IMG/VR virus record: IMGVR_UViG_3300025133_000019
From: a virus
Taxonomy: Duplodnaviria; Heunggongvirae; Uroviricota; Caudoviricetes
Reading direction: 5' to 3' (one strand)
DNA length: 64,000 nt
The notes below the pieces were generated by a model. That model did not search any database. It saw only the letters and a program-made list of their open reading frames with translations, and was not told the DNA's origin. Each line of letters opens with the position of its first letter. The stretch's first letter is position 1. The position numbers were made by a program, and so were the translations under genes. Below are positions 1 to 9,845 of the stretch, in pieces.

Positions 1-168
1 CTCTTTTGGTAGCTGTTCTGCGAATTGAGGTGCGCATGGAACACAACATTCTTTCTCTAATTTCTCTGGTTCTTCTAATTTCTCTGGTTCTTCTAATTTC
101 TCTGGTTCTTCTAATTTCTCTGGTTCTGAACCCTTTTTTGTAAACCACTGTTTAATAAAATTTAGCAT
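1..168 (-). CDS. Hypothetical protein, truncated by window edge, containing (EPEKLE)x4
   Basis: ATG at 168 with AAGGA upstream; open to the edge: MLNFIKQWFTKKGSEPEKLEEPEKLE... Confidence 0.7.
   Translation of the reverse strand, partial: MLNFIKQWFTKKGSEPEKLEEPEKLEEPEKLEEPEKLEKECCVPCAPQFAEQLPKE
56..127. repeat. Four perfect 18-bp tandem repeats (tctaatttctctggttct)
   Basis: Read directly; in frame in the minus-strand ORF. Confidence 0.95.
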
Positions 169-223
169 AATTGTTTTTCCTTATTTCAATAGAGAAAAAC
201 AATTAGATATCGGTAGAAATTGT

Positions 224-856
224 TTACTGCATTCTAAAGTAGTAGGTGTCGTCAATAATATGAAAATCTTGAGCTAGATCTTCCCCGTATCTTGTAAAGT
301 CAAAGTAAAATTCTAAGTTATCTGGAATCGTTTCTATGGCTTCCGCTTGCGCTTTCCCGAAATCCTCAGCACAAGAGTACTCTCCAGCATAACACTCACC
401 AGGATTATCCATAGTATCTAAAGCCTGCATTGCTATTTCAAACGAAACGTCTATCTGATCAGCTAGTGCTTCAGCATCCTCGGCGGTGCTTATCAATACG
501 TTGGCATAATCTTCTAGAGTTTTCTCGGATTGATCCCCTACACATTTTATCACTTCCAAAATGTTAAGTGCTGACAATTCATTAAGGCTATCTTTGAGCC
601 CTTCCGTTGCGTCTATGAAGTCGATTACTTCTATGGCTCTTAAAATTGAGAAAGGTTTCCAGTCCAACTCGACCAGACCAAGATAATAAATATTCTGTTT
701 TGCCACGGCTTCTTTGATTTCACCGTAAATTTCTAAGTCTTGGATTCCCCAATTCTCCAGGTCATATTTCTCCACCATTTTTAGAAAGTCTAAAATTACA
801 GGCTTTCCGTATAACTCGGCTGCATCAATAACTTGCTCTATCTCTTCTGTGTTCAT
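224..856 (-). CDS. ardA: ArdA-like antirestriction protein (acidic DNA mimic)
   Basis: Highly acidic; C-terminal YAGEY..AEDF...IPDNLEFYFDFTRYGEDL matches the ArdA C-terminal pattern. Confidence 0.8.
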   Translation of the reverse strand: MNTEEIEQVIDAAELYGKPVILDFLKMVEKYDLENWGIQDLEIYGEIKEAVAKQNIYYLGLVELDWKPFSILRAIEVIDFIDATEGLKDSLNELSALNILEVIKCVGDQSEKTLEDYANVLISTAEDAEALADQIDVSFEIAMQALDTMDNPGECYAGEYSCAEDFGKAQAEAIETIPDNLEFYFDFTRYGEDLAQDFHIIDDTYYFRMQ

Positions 857-865
857 GCTAACTCC

Positions 866-2296
866 TTACAGCCGATCTTTTTTGGCTGCACTAATTAATT
901 TGTTAGGGGAAATACCTGTATTCAATACTTCGGTTAAAAGCCGTTCTTGAGATTGAACGAACTCCTGGTCATGCCAACTTATGTCGATATGAGCTAACTC
1001 GTGAGTACAAGCGACTAACATACTCCAAAACTTTTGTCTTAACGAGCCTTGGAATAAACTAGAAAATGGGTTAATCAAATAAAATGTCCCGTTATTCTCG
1101 GTGACAAATCTTGTTGCTGCTGCCTTGGGGTCTAGTGTAAAACCTATGCTGAAAACCTCGGAAATATCGTTGATCTCCATACACTTAATAATCAGTGCCT
1201 TCCAGAGTAGCGCTAGCTCTTCGTGCTTCCTAGACATATTTCCAGGACGGAGCTTTCTAGGAATCTTATCATCTGCTCCGGGTACGACAAGAAAATCGTT
1301 GCAAGATTTCTTGTCTATAATATCATCAACTAAATTTCTCATTTTTCCCATGGAACCTAGGTCTGTATTTCCAGGTTCGGACTTTTCTAGCGTAGAAAAC
1401 CGCACTGAGTTTTCTGGGGCTGAGCCCGGAATATCAACGGTACAAATAGGACTCTCTTTAACAGTAGAAAGCTTTCCATTTTTACCAAAGAATATTCTAG
1501 GGCAAGAAGGTTTAGGCTTAACTTTCTTCTCGATCATTAATTCCTGAATTAAAGTATCGAATTTGGATGATGCACTATACTTTCTAAAGCCATCTCTACT
1601 AGAGCTAAGCATTCCTACGGTGTCACAAAGGTCTAGAGAAAATTGATCCTTAGTCGTACCAACATATCTCTCGAACATGAAAACCCCGTGGTGTCTCACC
1701 CAAATAGATCCGCAGCTTTCTTCAGACTTTCTTTTTCTGATAACTCCGAACTTATCTACCATTCCTACAAATACTGAATTCTTGGGTTGCCGGATTAGCT
1801 CGTCGTTTACATAAATTTTTGTTTTAGTTTCGCATTTTGAAATAAATCGTTTTGCTACTTCGCTCGTGGAATGCCCGTAGAACCCTGAATCATATCCGAA
1901 TTCCCCAGTAATAAGAGTGCCTTCAGTATTTTTTACTTCAGACCAGCTATATTGTAACTGCTGTCCTGTAGCCATTATTCCGTTAGAACTAATTGTAAAG
2001 CTCTTCATAGCAAAGAGTAAAAGAACTTTGGCCTCACCAAATCCGCCTACGCTTCCTTCAGACTTAACAGAGCCACCCATAGTGAGCATGGCCTCTTCCA
2101 TTCTCTGCTTGCTCATTCCGTAACCGTTATCCCAGCAAGAATAGCCGGAGTCACTAAAATTGAGCCTTATTTCAGTAGCCCCAGCATCAATACTGTTTTG
2201 AACAAGTTCCCGTGTTAATGCGGTGGTGAAATCAGAATACACATTTTTAACGTGCTTGAGAAAAAATCCTGGCGGAATTGTAACTGTTTTTTCCAT
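866..2296 (-). CDS. GHKL (HATPase_c/MORC-like) ATPase with C-terminal HExxH
   Basis: RELVQNSIDAGA, DNGYGM, GGFGEAK and GT motifs; THELAH near the C-terminus. Confidence 0.85.
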   Translation of the reverse strand: MEKTVTIPPGFFLKHVKNVYSDFTTALTRELVQNSIDAGATEIRLNFSDSGYSCWDNGYGMSKQRMEEAMLTMGGSVKSEGSVGGFGEAKVLLLFAMKSFTISSNGIMATGQQLQYSWSEVKNTEGTLITGEFGYDSGFYGHSTSEVAKRFISKCETKTKIYVNDELIRQPKNSVFVGMVDKFGVIRKRKSEESCGSIWVRHHGVFMFERYVGTTKDQFSLDLCDTVGMLSSSRDGFRKYSASSKFDTLIQELMIEKKVKPKPSCPRIFFGKNGKLSTVKESPICTVDIPGSAPENSVRFSTLEKSEPGNTDLGSMGKMRNLVDDIIDKKSCNDFLVVPGADDKIPRKLRPGNMSRKHEELALLWKALIIKCMEINDISEVFSIGFTLDPKAAATRFVTENNGTFYLINPFSSLFQGSLRQKFWSMLVACTHELAHIDISWHDQEFVQSQERLLTEVLNTGISPNKLISAAKKDRL

Positions 2297-2297
2297 C

Positions 2298-2762
2298 TCA
2301 AAGCTCCTCGGTTAGTTCATCTTGAATAGACTGTAAAACATGCTCTAAGGCTTTTCTATAAAATAGCTCTTGCTTATAAATTCCGTGAGTTCTGTTTTTT
2401 TCCAACTCTAAATAAGCCTTAAACTTGGCTTCTAACATTGGAACTCCTGTTTGAAGCAGAACTTTAACTCTGGAATTAAAAGAGTTTTGAAAAGTTTCCT
2501 TAGTATGCTCTTCTAGATTATCACGAAGCACCCTAAGTTCGTGTAAGCCTCCTGCAAAATCTATCTCTTTATTAGAACACTTTTGCTCTCTCAAATGGTA
2601 ATGTATCAAAGTGAGGTCATCATCTATCTTCTCCTGTGCGAGACATACGCTATCCATGGAATGGTAAGTACCCTTAGAGTGGTTTAATTCATTACACCTT
2701 AAGTAGCCGAATGCTTCTCTGAGTCTAGAGGCCGCTTTAAAAGCTTTTAATCTTACACTCAT
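2298..2762 (-). CDS. Hypothetical protein
   Basis: Tightly packed in operon; likely start MSVRLK at 2762. Confidence 0.6.
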   Translation of the reverse strand: MSVRLKAFKAASRLREAFGYLRCNELNHSKGTYHSMDSVCLAQEKIDDDLTLIHYHLREQKCSNKEIDFAGGLHELRVLRDNLEEHTKETFQNSFNSRVKVLLQTGVPMLEAKFKAYLELEKNRTHGIYKQELFYRKALEHVLQSIQDELTEEL

Positions 2763-2763
2763 C

Positions 2764-2967
2764 TTAAATATGTGCTTTCTCAAGGTATTCTTGAGAATAC
2801 TTGTTAACAAAGCTTATGAACCCTCGCCTTGTCCACGTTTCAGGAAGCTCCCCGGCTTCAACGATTTCCTCGCTTTGCGTGATCCTATAAATAATGGGGT
2901 CACCTGGATCAGAATAATAAAACCACATGCTCAACTCTAAATTTTGATCTTTAATCGTAATTTCCAT
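2764..2967 (-). CDS. Hypothetical protein
   Basis: AGGAGG SD directly after a promoter-A copy. Confidence 0.7.
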   Translation of the reverse strand: MEITIKDQNLELSMWFYYSDPGDPIIYRITQSEEIVEAGELPETWTRRGFISFVNKYSQEYLEKAHI

Positions 2968-3017
2968 TTGTTCCTCCTTATAATTAATAACTGGGGTATC
3001 AGGTCAAGTGAGAAAAA

Positions 3018-3200
3018 TTAAGTGAGATGTTTTGTTTTTGCGTCTTCGTATTTCCACCAAGCCCGTACAAACAGAGAGTGAAGCTCACAGGTTTCTAGCT
3101 CCATAGCATTAGCTATATCCTCCAGGATTTCTTGAGACAAATCAGCTTTCTCAGAAATCTCAGATAACAGTCTAGCAAATTGTATTTCATCAGACTCCAT
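3018..3200 (-). CDS. Hypothetical protein
   Basis: GGAGG SD; overlaps the upstream stop. Confidence 0.65.
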   Translation of the reverse strand: MESDEIQFARLLSEISEKADLSQEILEDIANAMELETCELHSLFVRAWWKYEDAKTKHLT

Positions 3201-3603
3201 TAGACCCTCCTAAGGCTCTCATTTCTCTGTAGTATTCATCCAAGACATTATCAAGTCTAAAAGTAGCTTCATTCCATCCGGATTCATAACCACCCATGCC
3301 CCCTACTGTGTTTTCCTCACCCATCTCGTCCAGTGTTTTAATAATAAGTTTCAAGTACTTATCACCAATACTGTTCTCTACTTCAGGGGTTCTTATAAGC
3401 TTAAGAGAGAAATACTTTCTTCCTTGAGATAACTTGTAACCTCGTTTCTTGGCTAGCTTATTCATTTCTGTGGTTGTTAAAGCAAAAAACTCGTCTGTTT
3501 TACAGAGATTTCTCACTTTAACTATAGAAAGTCTAGAAGTTTTATTTACCAAAAATTGCATAACAAATTTTGAAGTTTTTTCAGGTGTATTTTCTTGTGG
3601 CAT
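3190..3603 (-). CDS. Hypothetical protein
   Basis: AAGGAGG SD after promoter A. Confidence 0.7.
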   Translation of the reverse strand: MPQENTPEKTSKFVMQFLVNKTSRLSIVKVRNLCKTDEFFALTTTEMNKLAKKRGYKLSQGRKYFSLKLIRTPEVENSIGDKYLKLIIKTLDEMGEENTVGGMGGYESGWNEATFRLDNVLDEYYREMRALGGSNGV

Positions 3604-3675
3604 AACGCCTCCTTATATAACTAGTATCCCAGATATTAGGTCAAGTGAGAATAATTAGGTGAGATTATACTTTTA

Positions 3676-4221
3676 TTAGGGCACAAAAAATTGGTAAATA
3701 GTACATCCACCTATAAAAACTTGTTGGCTATCTTCTTTCTTTATCTTGTCAAAGATTAAAGTATAGTCTACAAATTCTTCTATGTTCGCAGGGATACCCG
3801 GATAATAAATTGAGGCCAACTCTTTTCCTGCTTGCTCCTTGGTTTCATAGGTTCGCATAGTTTTTAAAGCTTCTAGCAAAACATCAAAATCATCATCGCA
3901 ATAGCCCTGATATAATTCAAATATTACGTGACTGCAAGGAAGCTCGTCAAATTCGTTGAACCCATTAGCTATTTCTAAGATTCTTTTAATTCCTAAATGA
4001 CTAAGATTTCCAAATGCCCGGTCTAAATCAGCGTATACTAACTTGTAGTTATTACTTCCAAAGTGCTCATCTAAAAAAGTTAAAAACTCCTCATGGCTAA
4101 ACTCCGGGTAATCCGATAAATCGAATTCTACGTAATCCCTATGAAAGCCTTCTATCTCTTGCTCCTGTAAATATGGATTAGGTAATTTATCTTCTGATAT
4201 ACAATCAACTTGAACGTGCAT
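3676..4221 (-). CDS. Divergent ArdA-like acidic protein
   Basis: Acidic; C-terminal YETKEQAGKELA...IPANIEEFVDY resembles ArdA and the 224-856 protein. Confidence 0.55.
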   Translation of the reverse strand: MHVQVDCISEDKLPNPYLQEQEIEGFHRDYVEFDLSDYPEFSHEEFLTFLDEHFGSNNYKLVYADLDRAFGNLSHLGIKRILEIANGFNEFDELPCSHVIFELYQGYCDDDFDVLLEALKTMRTYETKEQAGKELASIYYPGIPANIEEFVDYTLIFDKIKKEDSQQVFIGGCTIYQFFVP

Positions 4222-4361
4222 TCTAACTCCTCATTAATATCTAAATGGCGGGTGATTAATAACTAAATGGCGATCTTTATATAGACTGCGTGGAAAGTGA
4301 TAATCCACAATTGTAGCAATTCTAGTCAGACCCAGAACTATTTTATCCATTGTGTTCTCCT

Positions 4362-5423
4362 CTATTGATTTTTGATAAAATCTGTAATTGTCTTAATTTG
4401 TCCATTTGAAATAAATGATGACTGAATTCTTGTTGGTTCTTGTTGCCCTACAGGTTTGTAAAGCATATCGCCATTCCCCAAAAGATTCTCGGCCCCGTTT
4501 TGTTTTAGTATAATTTGACTTGCGATTCTGTCAGCCACACTAAAACTAATTCTACTCGGAACATTATCTCTAATTAATCCGGTCATAACATCGGCTCTTG
4601 GTGACTGAGTAGCAAGTAGCAAATGAATTCCTACTGCTCTAGCTTTCTGAGCGATTCTTACAATTCCTGACTCAATAGGATGTTGCTGTCCTCTTGGTTT
4701 AGGGAAAGCTCCCATCATATCCGAAAACTCGTCCACAATTATTAAGTAGTAAGGAAGAACTTTGTCTGCCTTCCCGTTGTACTCATCTAGGCTTCTGACT
4801 TCCAAATCTTTGAACAAGCTATACCTGCTCTCCATTTCTGCTACAGCTTTTCTAACTAATCCAGCGGTTTCACTCATTTCGGTTATAACATCGTCACCGT
4901 ATAAATGAGGTATACCCTGATACATATAGAATTCAGCTTGCTTTGGATCAACTAAACTAAGTCTCAAAGTTTCGGGTGTATGCTTATACAACAAAGATAC
5001 CAAGAGCTGATTGATAAAAACAGATTTACCTGACCCTGTAGTACCAGCAATAAGTAAATGGGGCATCTTAGAAATATCCATGTATTGAAGCTTACCTTGA
5101 ACATCAACACCTAAAGGAACTTTTAAATCTGACTTCTTGGGAAGCCTTTCCGCAATTTGTTTGAACCTTACGATTTTAGAATCTTTATTAGGAACTTCGA
5201 CACCACTAAATTTGGAATTAGGAATAAAAGGAATAATCCTAACTTTTGAACTTTCAATGGCCCTGCTGATTTCTAGTTCTAGGTTTACTAACTTTGCTAA
5301 CTTTGTTTCAGGACTCGGAACAAATCTATACAAAGTAACTCTAGGCCCTACTATTTCGTCATGAGGATCTAAAGTCACGCCGTGATGAAAAAAAGCTTTT
5401 GCTATTTCTTTTAATATACTCAT
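4362..5423 (-). CDS. ftsK: FtsK/SpoIIIE motor (alpha-beta domains), no gamma domain
   Basis: GPRVTLY, GVEVPN, MPHLLIAGTTGSGKS (Walker A), IIVDEFSD (Walker B), KARAVGIHLLLATQSP, GAENLLGNGDML; ends right after the motor. Confidence 0.92.
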   Translation of the reverse strand: MSILKEIAKAFFHHGVTLDPHDEIVGPRVTLYRFVPSPETKLAKLVNLELEISRAIESSKVRIIPFIPNSKFSGVEVPNKDSKIVRFKQIAERLPKKSDLKVPLGVDVQGKLQYMDISKMPHLLIAGTTGSGKSVFINQLLVSLLYKHTPETLRLSLVDPKQAEFYMYQGIPHLYGDDVITEMSETAGLVRKAVAEMESRYSLFKDLEVRSLDEYNGKADKVLPYYLIIVDEFSDMMGAFPKPRGQQHPIESGIVRIAQKARAVGIHLLLATQSPRADVMTGLIRDNVPSRISFSVADRIASQIILKQNGAENLLGNGDMLYKPVGQQEPTRIQSSFISNGQIKTITDFIKNQ

Positions 5424-6046
5424 TATTTTTCCTCCAGTAAATCCACACTAGGTAAGACATAATTCTTAGATGTTTTTCGACTGCCAGTTTTCGGTGTTAA
5501 CAAGGTATCCATGAAAGCCCTGCTTTCCTTGGCACGTTTAGCCTCTTCCCTAGCTTCCTTCTTTGAGTTTACGGGTTCTATTCGCCTTTCTATATATGCT
5601 TGCTCTTCTTGTTTTCGTTTTGCTCTTGTTCTGGCTAGTCTGACTTGAAAATTTTGTTTCTCTTTTAGGTTGGCTAAAATGTAAAACAAAACCGGGATCG
5701 CAAAAAATAGAGCCAGTTTTGTTACTCCAGAAAAAAGCGAAAGAACAAAGACTCCCAGAATTCCAGCAAAAATACCTAAACTCTGAAAGACTCCCAGTAA
5801 AGAGAGATAAAAGACAAACCCTATTAACTGTCTCCTTATCCCGCTTATCTTCTTATCTTTTATCAGTCTTAGCCCTACATAACCCAAAGCACTAAGCAAC
5901 AAGATTATACCCGCTCCATTAGCTTCGTATAATTCTCGGGTTATCAGGCTTATGTATTGTAGATCCACAAACCAGCCAGCAATCAAGAGGCCGGTAAACA
6001 AAAGATATGCAAATCCTGTTATTCTCATATCTCTATTATACCACAT
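5423..6046 (-). CDS. Membrane protein equivalent to the FtsK N-terminal TM region and linker
   Basis: Several hydrophobic helices; ends YVLPSVDLL, the linker motif that precedes FtsK motors; AGGAGG SD before ATG 6046. Confidence 0.75.
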   Translation of the reverse strand: MWYNRDMRITGFAYLLFTGLLIAGWFVDLQYISLITRELYEANGAGIILLLSALGYVGLRLIKDKKISGIRRQLIGFVFYLSLLGVFQSLGIFAGILGVFVLSLFSGVTKLALFFAIPVLFYILANLKEKQNFQVRLARTRAKRKQEEQAYIERRIEPVNSKKEAREEAKRAKESRAFMDTLLTPKTGSRKTSKNYVLPSVDLLEEK

Positions 6047-6255
6047 TTTTCCTCCTGACATCCCATAGATTTTTGGGTATTATAGACTTTCTCATATCTA
6101 GTATTCGAGATAACGGGTCAAGTGGGAATAACCGAGTGAACTTAAATCTTTTTTGGTGAAATTTACACGAGTTGACCTGGATTCATAGAATAAGGTAACT
6201 CCAAGAAGCTTTTTATATAGAAATAAAAAAGGCCGGGAAACATCCCGACCAAATT

Positions 6256-6828
6256 TTATTTCGATTCTAGACCTGTTTTACTGAACCTACGAATTTCCTC
6301 TGGTTCTCCTAAATTATTATTTCTACAAGAACTAACAGGAAATCCTTCATCCCTGTAATCTACATTAAATCCATGAGGAACGCCATCTTTGAATTCGGTT
6401 TTCTTTATGAGGTTACCTTTAGCATCAAAATATTCTGTGACCCCAGATCTCAACCCCCTGGAATCCTTACTAGATTTCTCAGTTAAGAAACCTTTGTGAT
6501 AAAGATAAGTTACCTCGGAAATAAATTTACCTGTTTTTATATCCTCAGTTTTTTCTGATAACACTTTACCAGTAAACAAAGAATATTCTGTAGTACCCAG
6601 GATATTAGTCCCGTGTAACACTCTAATTGATTTGGTTAACACATTTTTCACATAAACATCAGTGTCCACATGACCTAGCCGGGGAAGCCTGAGATCTTCG
6701 AATACTCTGGTATCTCCAGTAACTGTTTCGGTTATTTGAATTTCTTTGGTATTAAAATCTATGTATTCAGTGATCACGGATTCTCCTAGTACATGTACAT
6801 TTGTATACCAAGTAGGATTGATTTCCAT
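6256..6828 (-). CDS. MORN-variant (YwqK-like) repeat protein
   Basis: GVTEYFDAKGNLIKKTEFKDGVPHG repeat pattern; GGAGG SD before ATG 6828. Confidence 0.55.
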   Translation of the reverse strand: MEINPTWYTNVHVLGESVITEYIDFNTKEIQITETVTGDTRVFEDLRLPRLGHVDTDVYVKNVLTKSIRVLHGTNILGTTEYSLFTGKVLSEKTEDIKTGKFISEVTYLYHKGFLTEKSSKDSRGLRSGVTEYFDAKGNLIKKTEFKDGVPHGFNVDYRDEGFPVSSCRNNNLGEPEEIRRFSKTGLESK

Positions 6829-6829
6829 G

Positions 6830-7501
6830 CTAACCTCCCAGAGGCTTAACAAAATTTTCGTAGTAGTCGCTGTAGCAATAAAGAATATCAGTAAACCCGC
6901 TGGAGTGTCCATTATCCCATGCTAACCTCCACAAATTATCTTTGACATCCTGATTTTTTGTGGGAAATACTTTTTCCAGGTCTGCTCTGAAAACTAAATT
7001 TAATGCACGTTTATCTTTGTTTCTAATAGTAAGAAATGCTAGAAATTCTTCTCTGTTTTCTTGCCTGTCCCCTTCAGGGTAAGGAATCAGGGTTTCATAT
7101 GCTCCGCTGGCTATTTTATCGTGTATGTCTTTTTCGTTCATAACTACATTCTCCATTTCTTCCTGTCGAATTTCCCCTTCTAATAACTCTGGATCATAAA
7201 GATCTGGGTTATGTCGAATTTCATCTACTTCACTTTCGATATTCTCAATTGTCTCTGTTGCCCATTTGTTAAAACCTTCAATATAGCTACCTCGTTGAAG
7301 ATACTCCCATTCATAGGGACCTACCTCAGCTTCACAATCCTCAATGATTGACCCCATAGAAAATACGGGACCAAGCTCTTTGGTATTTGTTATTTTTAAC
7401 CAAGCCCCGCATTCCGTGCTACCGTATAAAGCCTTTTCAGCTTCCTCTATGGTTTCAACTTGAAAATAGTTTAAGACTAGTTTCTCTAAACATATCTCCA
7501 T
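6830..7501 (-). CDS. Hypothetical acidic phage protein
   Basis: Long ORF packed in operon. Confidence 0.75.
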   Translation of the reverse strand: MEICLEKLVLNYFQVETIEEAEKALYGSTECGAWLKITNTKELGPVFSMGSIIEDCEAEVGPYEWEYLQRGSYIEGFNKWATETIENIESEVDEIRHNPDLYDPELLEGEIRQEEMENVVMNEKDIHDKIASGAYETLIPYPEGDRQENREEFLAFLTIRNKDKRALNLVFRADLEKVFPTKNQDVKDNLWRLAWDNGHSSGFTDILYCYSDYYENFVKPLGG

Positions 7502-8136
7502 CTCTTGCTCCTTTTGTCTTCTTTACGTTTATGGGACCTTAACTCATCTTCAATCCATGCAGCTTGAAAAACTCTATGTCTCTTAGCATATTTTCGTTTT
7601 AGTTTAGTAATCCCGGTTAAATTATCTGTGCAGATTTCTGGCCATATATCATGCCAAATACAATCCCACTTCTGACCTTTAGGAATTTTATATTCATAAG
7701 CACAGTCACAAATAATTGTAATTTTAGGATCTTGAAAATAGGGGCCTACTAAATCTATTACGTCTTGACTTTTTTCAATGACAGTAATCCCGGTAACCCT
7801 AGGATTCTGAAGGAGCCCGTCTAGCAGCATCCCCATTCCTAAACCGTTTACTAGAACTTCCCCGGTAGCCTCAGAAGCAAAGTTAAAGTTAGTCCTCTTT
7901 TCCATGTTAGTATTGCTCATTACTAGTTGACCATTAATATTAAGACCTAAATACTTTCCAGGGCTGCAATAACTACCTACGGGACCTCTATCCATAAACG
8001 ATAGTAAGCCTTGATCTTTGGTGACCTCGATGTCTACTATCTCGGCAGAACCGTGTTCACCCGGTTTAACTCTAGGATTTTTCATAGCTTCTCGAATTTT
8101 ACAATTAATTTCGTGCATTTCTCGTATATTATACAT
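7486..8136 (-). CDS. Class I SAM-dependent methyltransferase-fold protein (spermidine-synthase-like)
   Basis: VLVNGLGMG, ITVIEKSQDVIDLV, WDCIWHDIW. Confidence 0.8.
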   Translation of the reverse strand: MYNIREMHEINCKIREAMKNPRVKPGEHGSAEIVDIEVTKDQGLLSFMDRGPVGSYCSPGKYLGLNINGQLVMSNTNMEKRTNFNFASEATGEVLVNGLGMGMLLDGLLQNPRVTGITVIEKSQDVIDLVGPYFQDPKITIICDCAYEYKIPKGQKWDCIWHDIWPEICTDNLTGITKLKRKYAKRHRVFQAAWIEDELRSHKRKEDKRSKRWRYV

Positions 8137-8668
8137 TGAGTTCCTTTTTTAATACCTCAAGAGTTAAAAGGCTTGGAAGTTTAGGGCTAAACATGTATTC
8201 CACAATCTTGAGTAGATCGCTTTTGTCAACTCTGTAAAGCTCCTCCATGATATCAGTAAACATCATGTCTTGAATGGCGCCTTCTCCAATATCATAACGT
8301 AAAAAATCTTTGGCCATCTTATAAGGGAGATCGTCCTCCCAATAATTTTCTAGACAAGCAATATTATCCAAAGGAATAAAGACTACGTCCTCATTTCTTA
8401 CGGTATGACTGCCAAGATTTGAGTCCAGGATTTCTACAGACTCCTCATTCTCTGAGATCACATATCCCAGTTTCAAATGATCATTGTCTGAAGGATCTGG
8501 AAAAGCAGCTATATAGTATTCTGGCTTAGGTCTAATTTCCTTGCTATCTCTAACGAGTTCAAAGTTACTGTGCTGTTTTTTTTTAATGCATTCCCGAATT
8601 ACAGCTTCCATTTCATCTTCAGTTCCTGGATCAATGTCAATAGTTATTTTAAAAGATATTAAACTCAT
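8129..8668 (-). CDS. Hypothetical protein
   Basis: ATGA overlap; AGGAG SD. Confidence 0.7.
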   Translation of the reverse strand: MSLISFKITIDIDPGTEDEMEAVIRECIKKKQHSNFELVRDSKEIRPKPEYYIAAFPDPSDNDHLKLGYVISENEESVEILDSNLGSHTVRNEDVVFIPLDNIACLENYWEDDLPYKMAKDFLRYDIGEGAIQDMMFTDIMEELYRVDKSDLLKIVEYMFSPKLPSLLTLEVLKKELNV

Positions 8669-8880
8669 TTGTTCTCCTGAGTAGATATTGCTGTAAAAGT
8701 ATGAATAGGATCTTCGTCTTCTTTATCCCTTGGATATGCTGATACTTTGATCCCGATGTCACTAGGTGTTATATTAATTGAGATACCGTTATACTCAACC
8801 CATATTGAGTCTTCGCTCAGAAGGTAATCTCCCCCTAAAATAGTGGGCACTTTGTTTTGGTCAAAAATTACTCCTGCCAT
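8665..8880 (-). CDS. Hypothetical protein
   Basis: AAGGAG SD. Confidence 0.7.
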   Translation of the reverse strand: MAGVIFDQNKVPTILGGDYLLSEDSIWVEYNGISINITPSDIGIKVSAYPRDKEDEDPIHTFTAISTQENK

Positions 8881-8898
8881 CTAATTCTCCTTGTTAAA

Positions 8899-9708
8899 TC
8901 AGTAATCTTCGTTTTCTTGTTCAGCTTGAATTTGTTTTGCCAAGATTTTCGTACACTCAGAATGGAAGAGCCTAAGAATGAACTGTTTAAAAGAAGATTG
9001 TGTGACCGGAACTAAATCAAATCCAGCATAATTTAAATACATCAGAACCTTATCTAATTTCTCAAGCTCTGTTCTAAAGAAATCAAAGTGCTCCCTAACA
9101 TAGTGATACCTGTTAGCACCTGGAAGTAAAATTCCCATTCCATAAACATCTGTGGCTTCAAACAGTGAAGCATTGGTAAGCTCCAGAGCTACCTCATCAG
9201 AAATAGATCCCTGCTCTTTATAAATTTCTAAGTAACCATCAAAAACTTTATCGAATGTTTGGTTCCTTGGTGTCTCAGAATCTTCGAATGTTGCCATCAT
9301 CAAATCAAAAATATCGTTATGAATAGCATAAAAATACAAAGGATCTTCTTTATTCGAGAAACTGAAGTGTTTTATCTTCAAGGTTCTTTCCTCTAAGATA
9401 TAATTTAAAGTTATAGGAATCTCTAGATCTTCCAGTCGTTTTCTTTCGTTGTCTTTTCCTATGATCCCATCTTTCTTCACAGATTCCAGCAACCATTCAT
9501 ACATAGGAGTTTTATCACATCTCAATCCAGTTTCCTCGTTATAGGAAACATCTAAAGGAGTTGTGTGAGCGTCGAACAGCCCTCCCGGAAACCTGCTTGC
9601 ACTATGAAGAAACTGGGTTTTGATTCCAGTTAAAACTATTAATTTAAATTTTGTGTTGAACGGAATTTCAATTTTACTTGCACTACAGATAAAAGGTGCT
9701 ATACCCAT
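8899..9708 (-). CDS. Hypothetical protein
   Basis: Long ORF; likely start MGIAPFICS. Confidence 0.75.
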   Translation of the reverse strand: MGIAPFICSASKIEIPFNTKFKLIVLTGIKTQFLHSASRFPGGLFDAHTTPLDVSYNEETGLRCDKTPMYEWLLESVKKDGIIGKDNERKRLEDLEIPITLNYILEERTLKIKHFSFSNKEDPLYFYAIHNDIFDLMMATFEDSETPRNQTFDKVFDGYLEIYKEQGSISDEVALELTNASLFEATDVYGMGILLPGANRYHYVREHFDFFRTELEKLDKVLMYLNYAGFDLVPVTQSSFKQFILRLFHSECTKILAKQIQAEQENEDY

Positions 9709-9845
9709 ATTAAACAATTCCTTTCTATAAAAGTAGGGGTGGATGGGAGAGTGAGGAGAATTTTCTCTTCTTTCCAGTAATAAAAAGGTTCCCCGAACTC
9801 AATAACCAAACCACTAATCGAACAATTTAATTCTCTAATTCCCAT
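9699..9845 (-). pseudogene. Short remnant paralogous to the N-terminus of 8899-9708
   Basis: MGIRELNCSISGLVIEFGEPF vs MGIAPFICSASKIEIPFNTKF. Confidence 0.4.
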
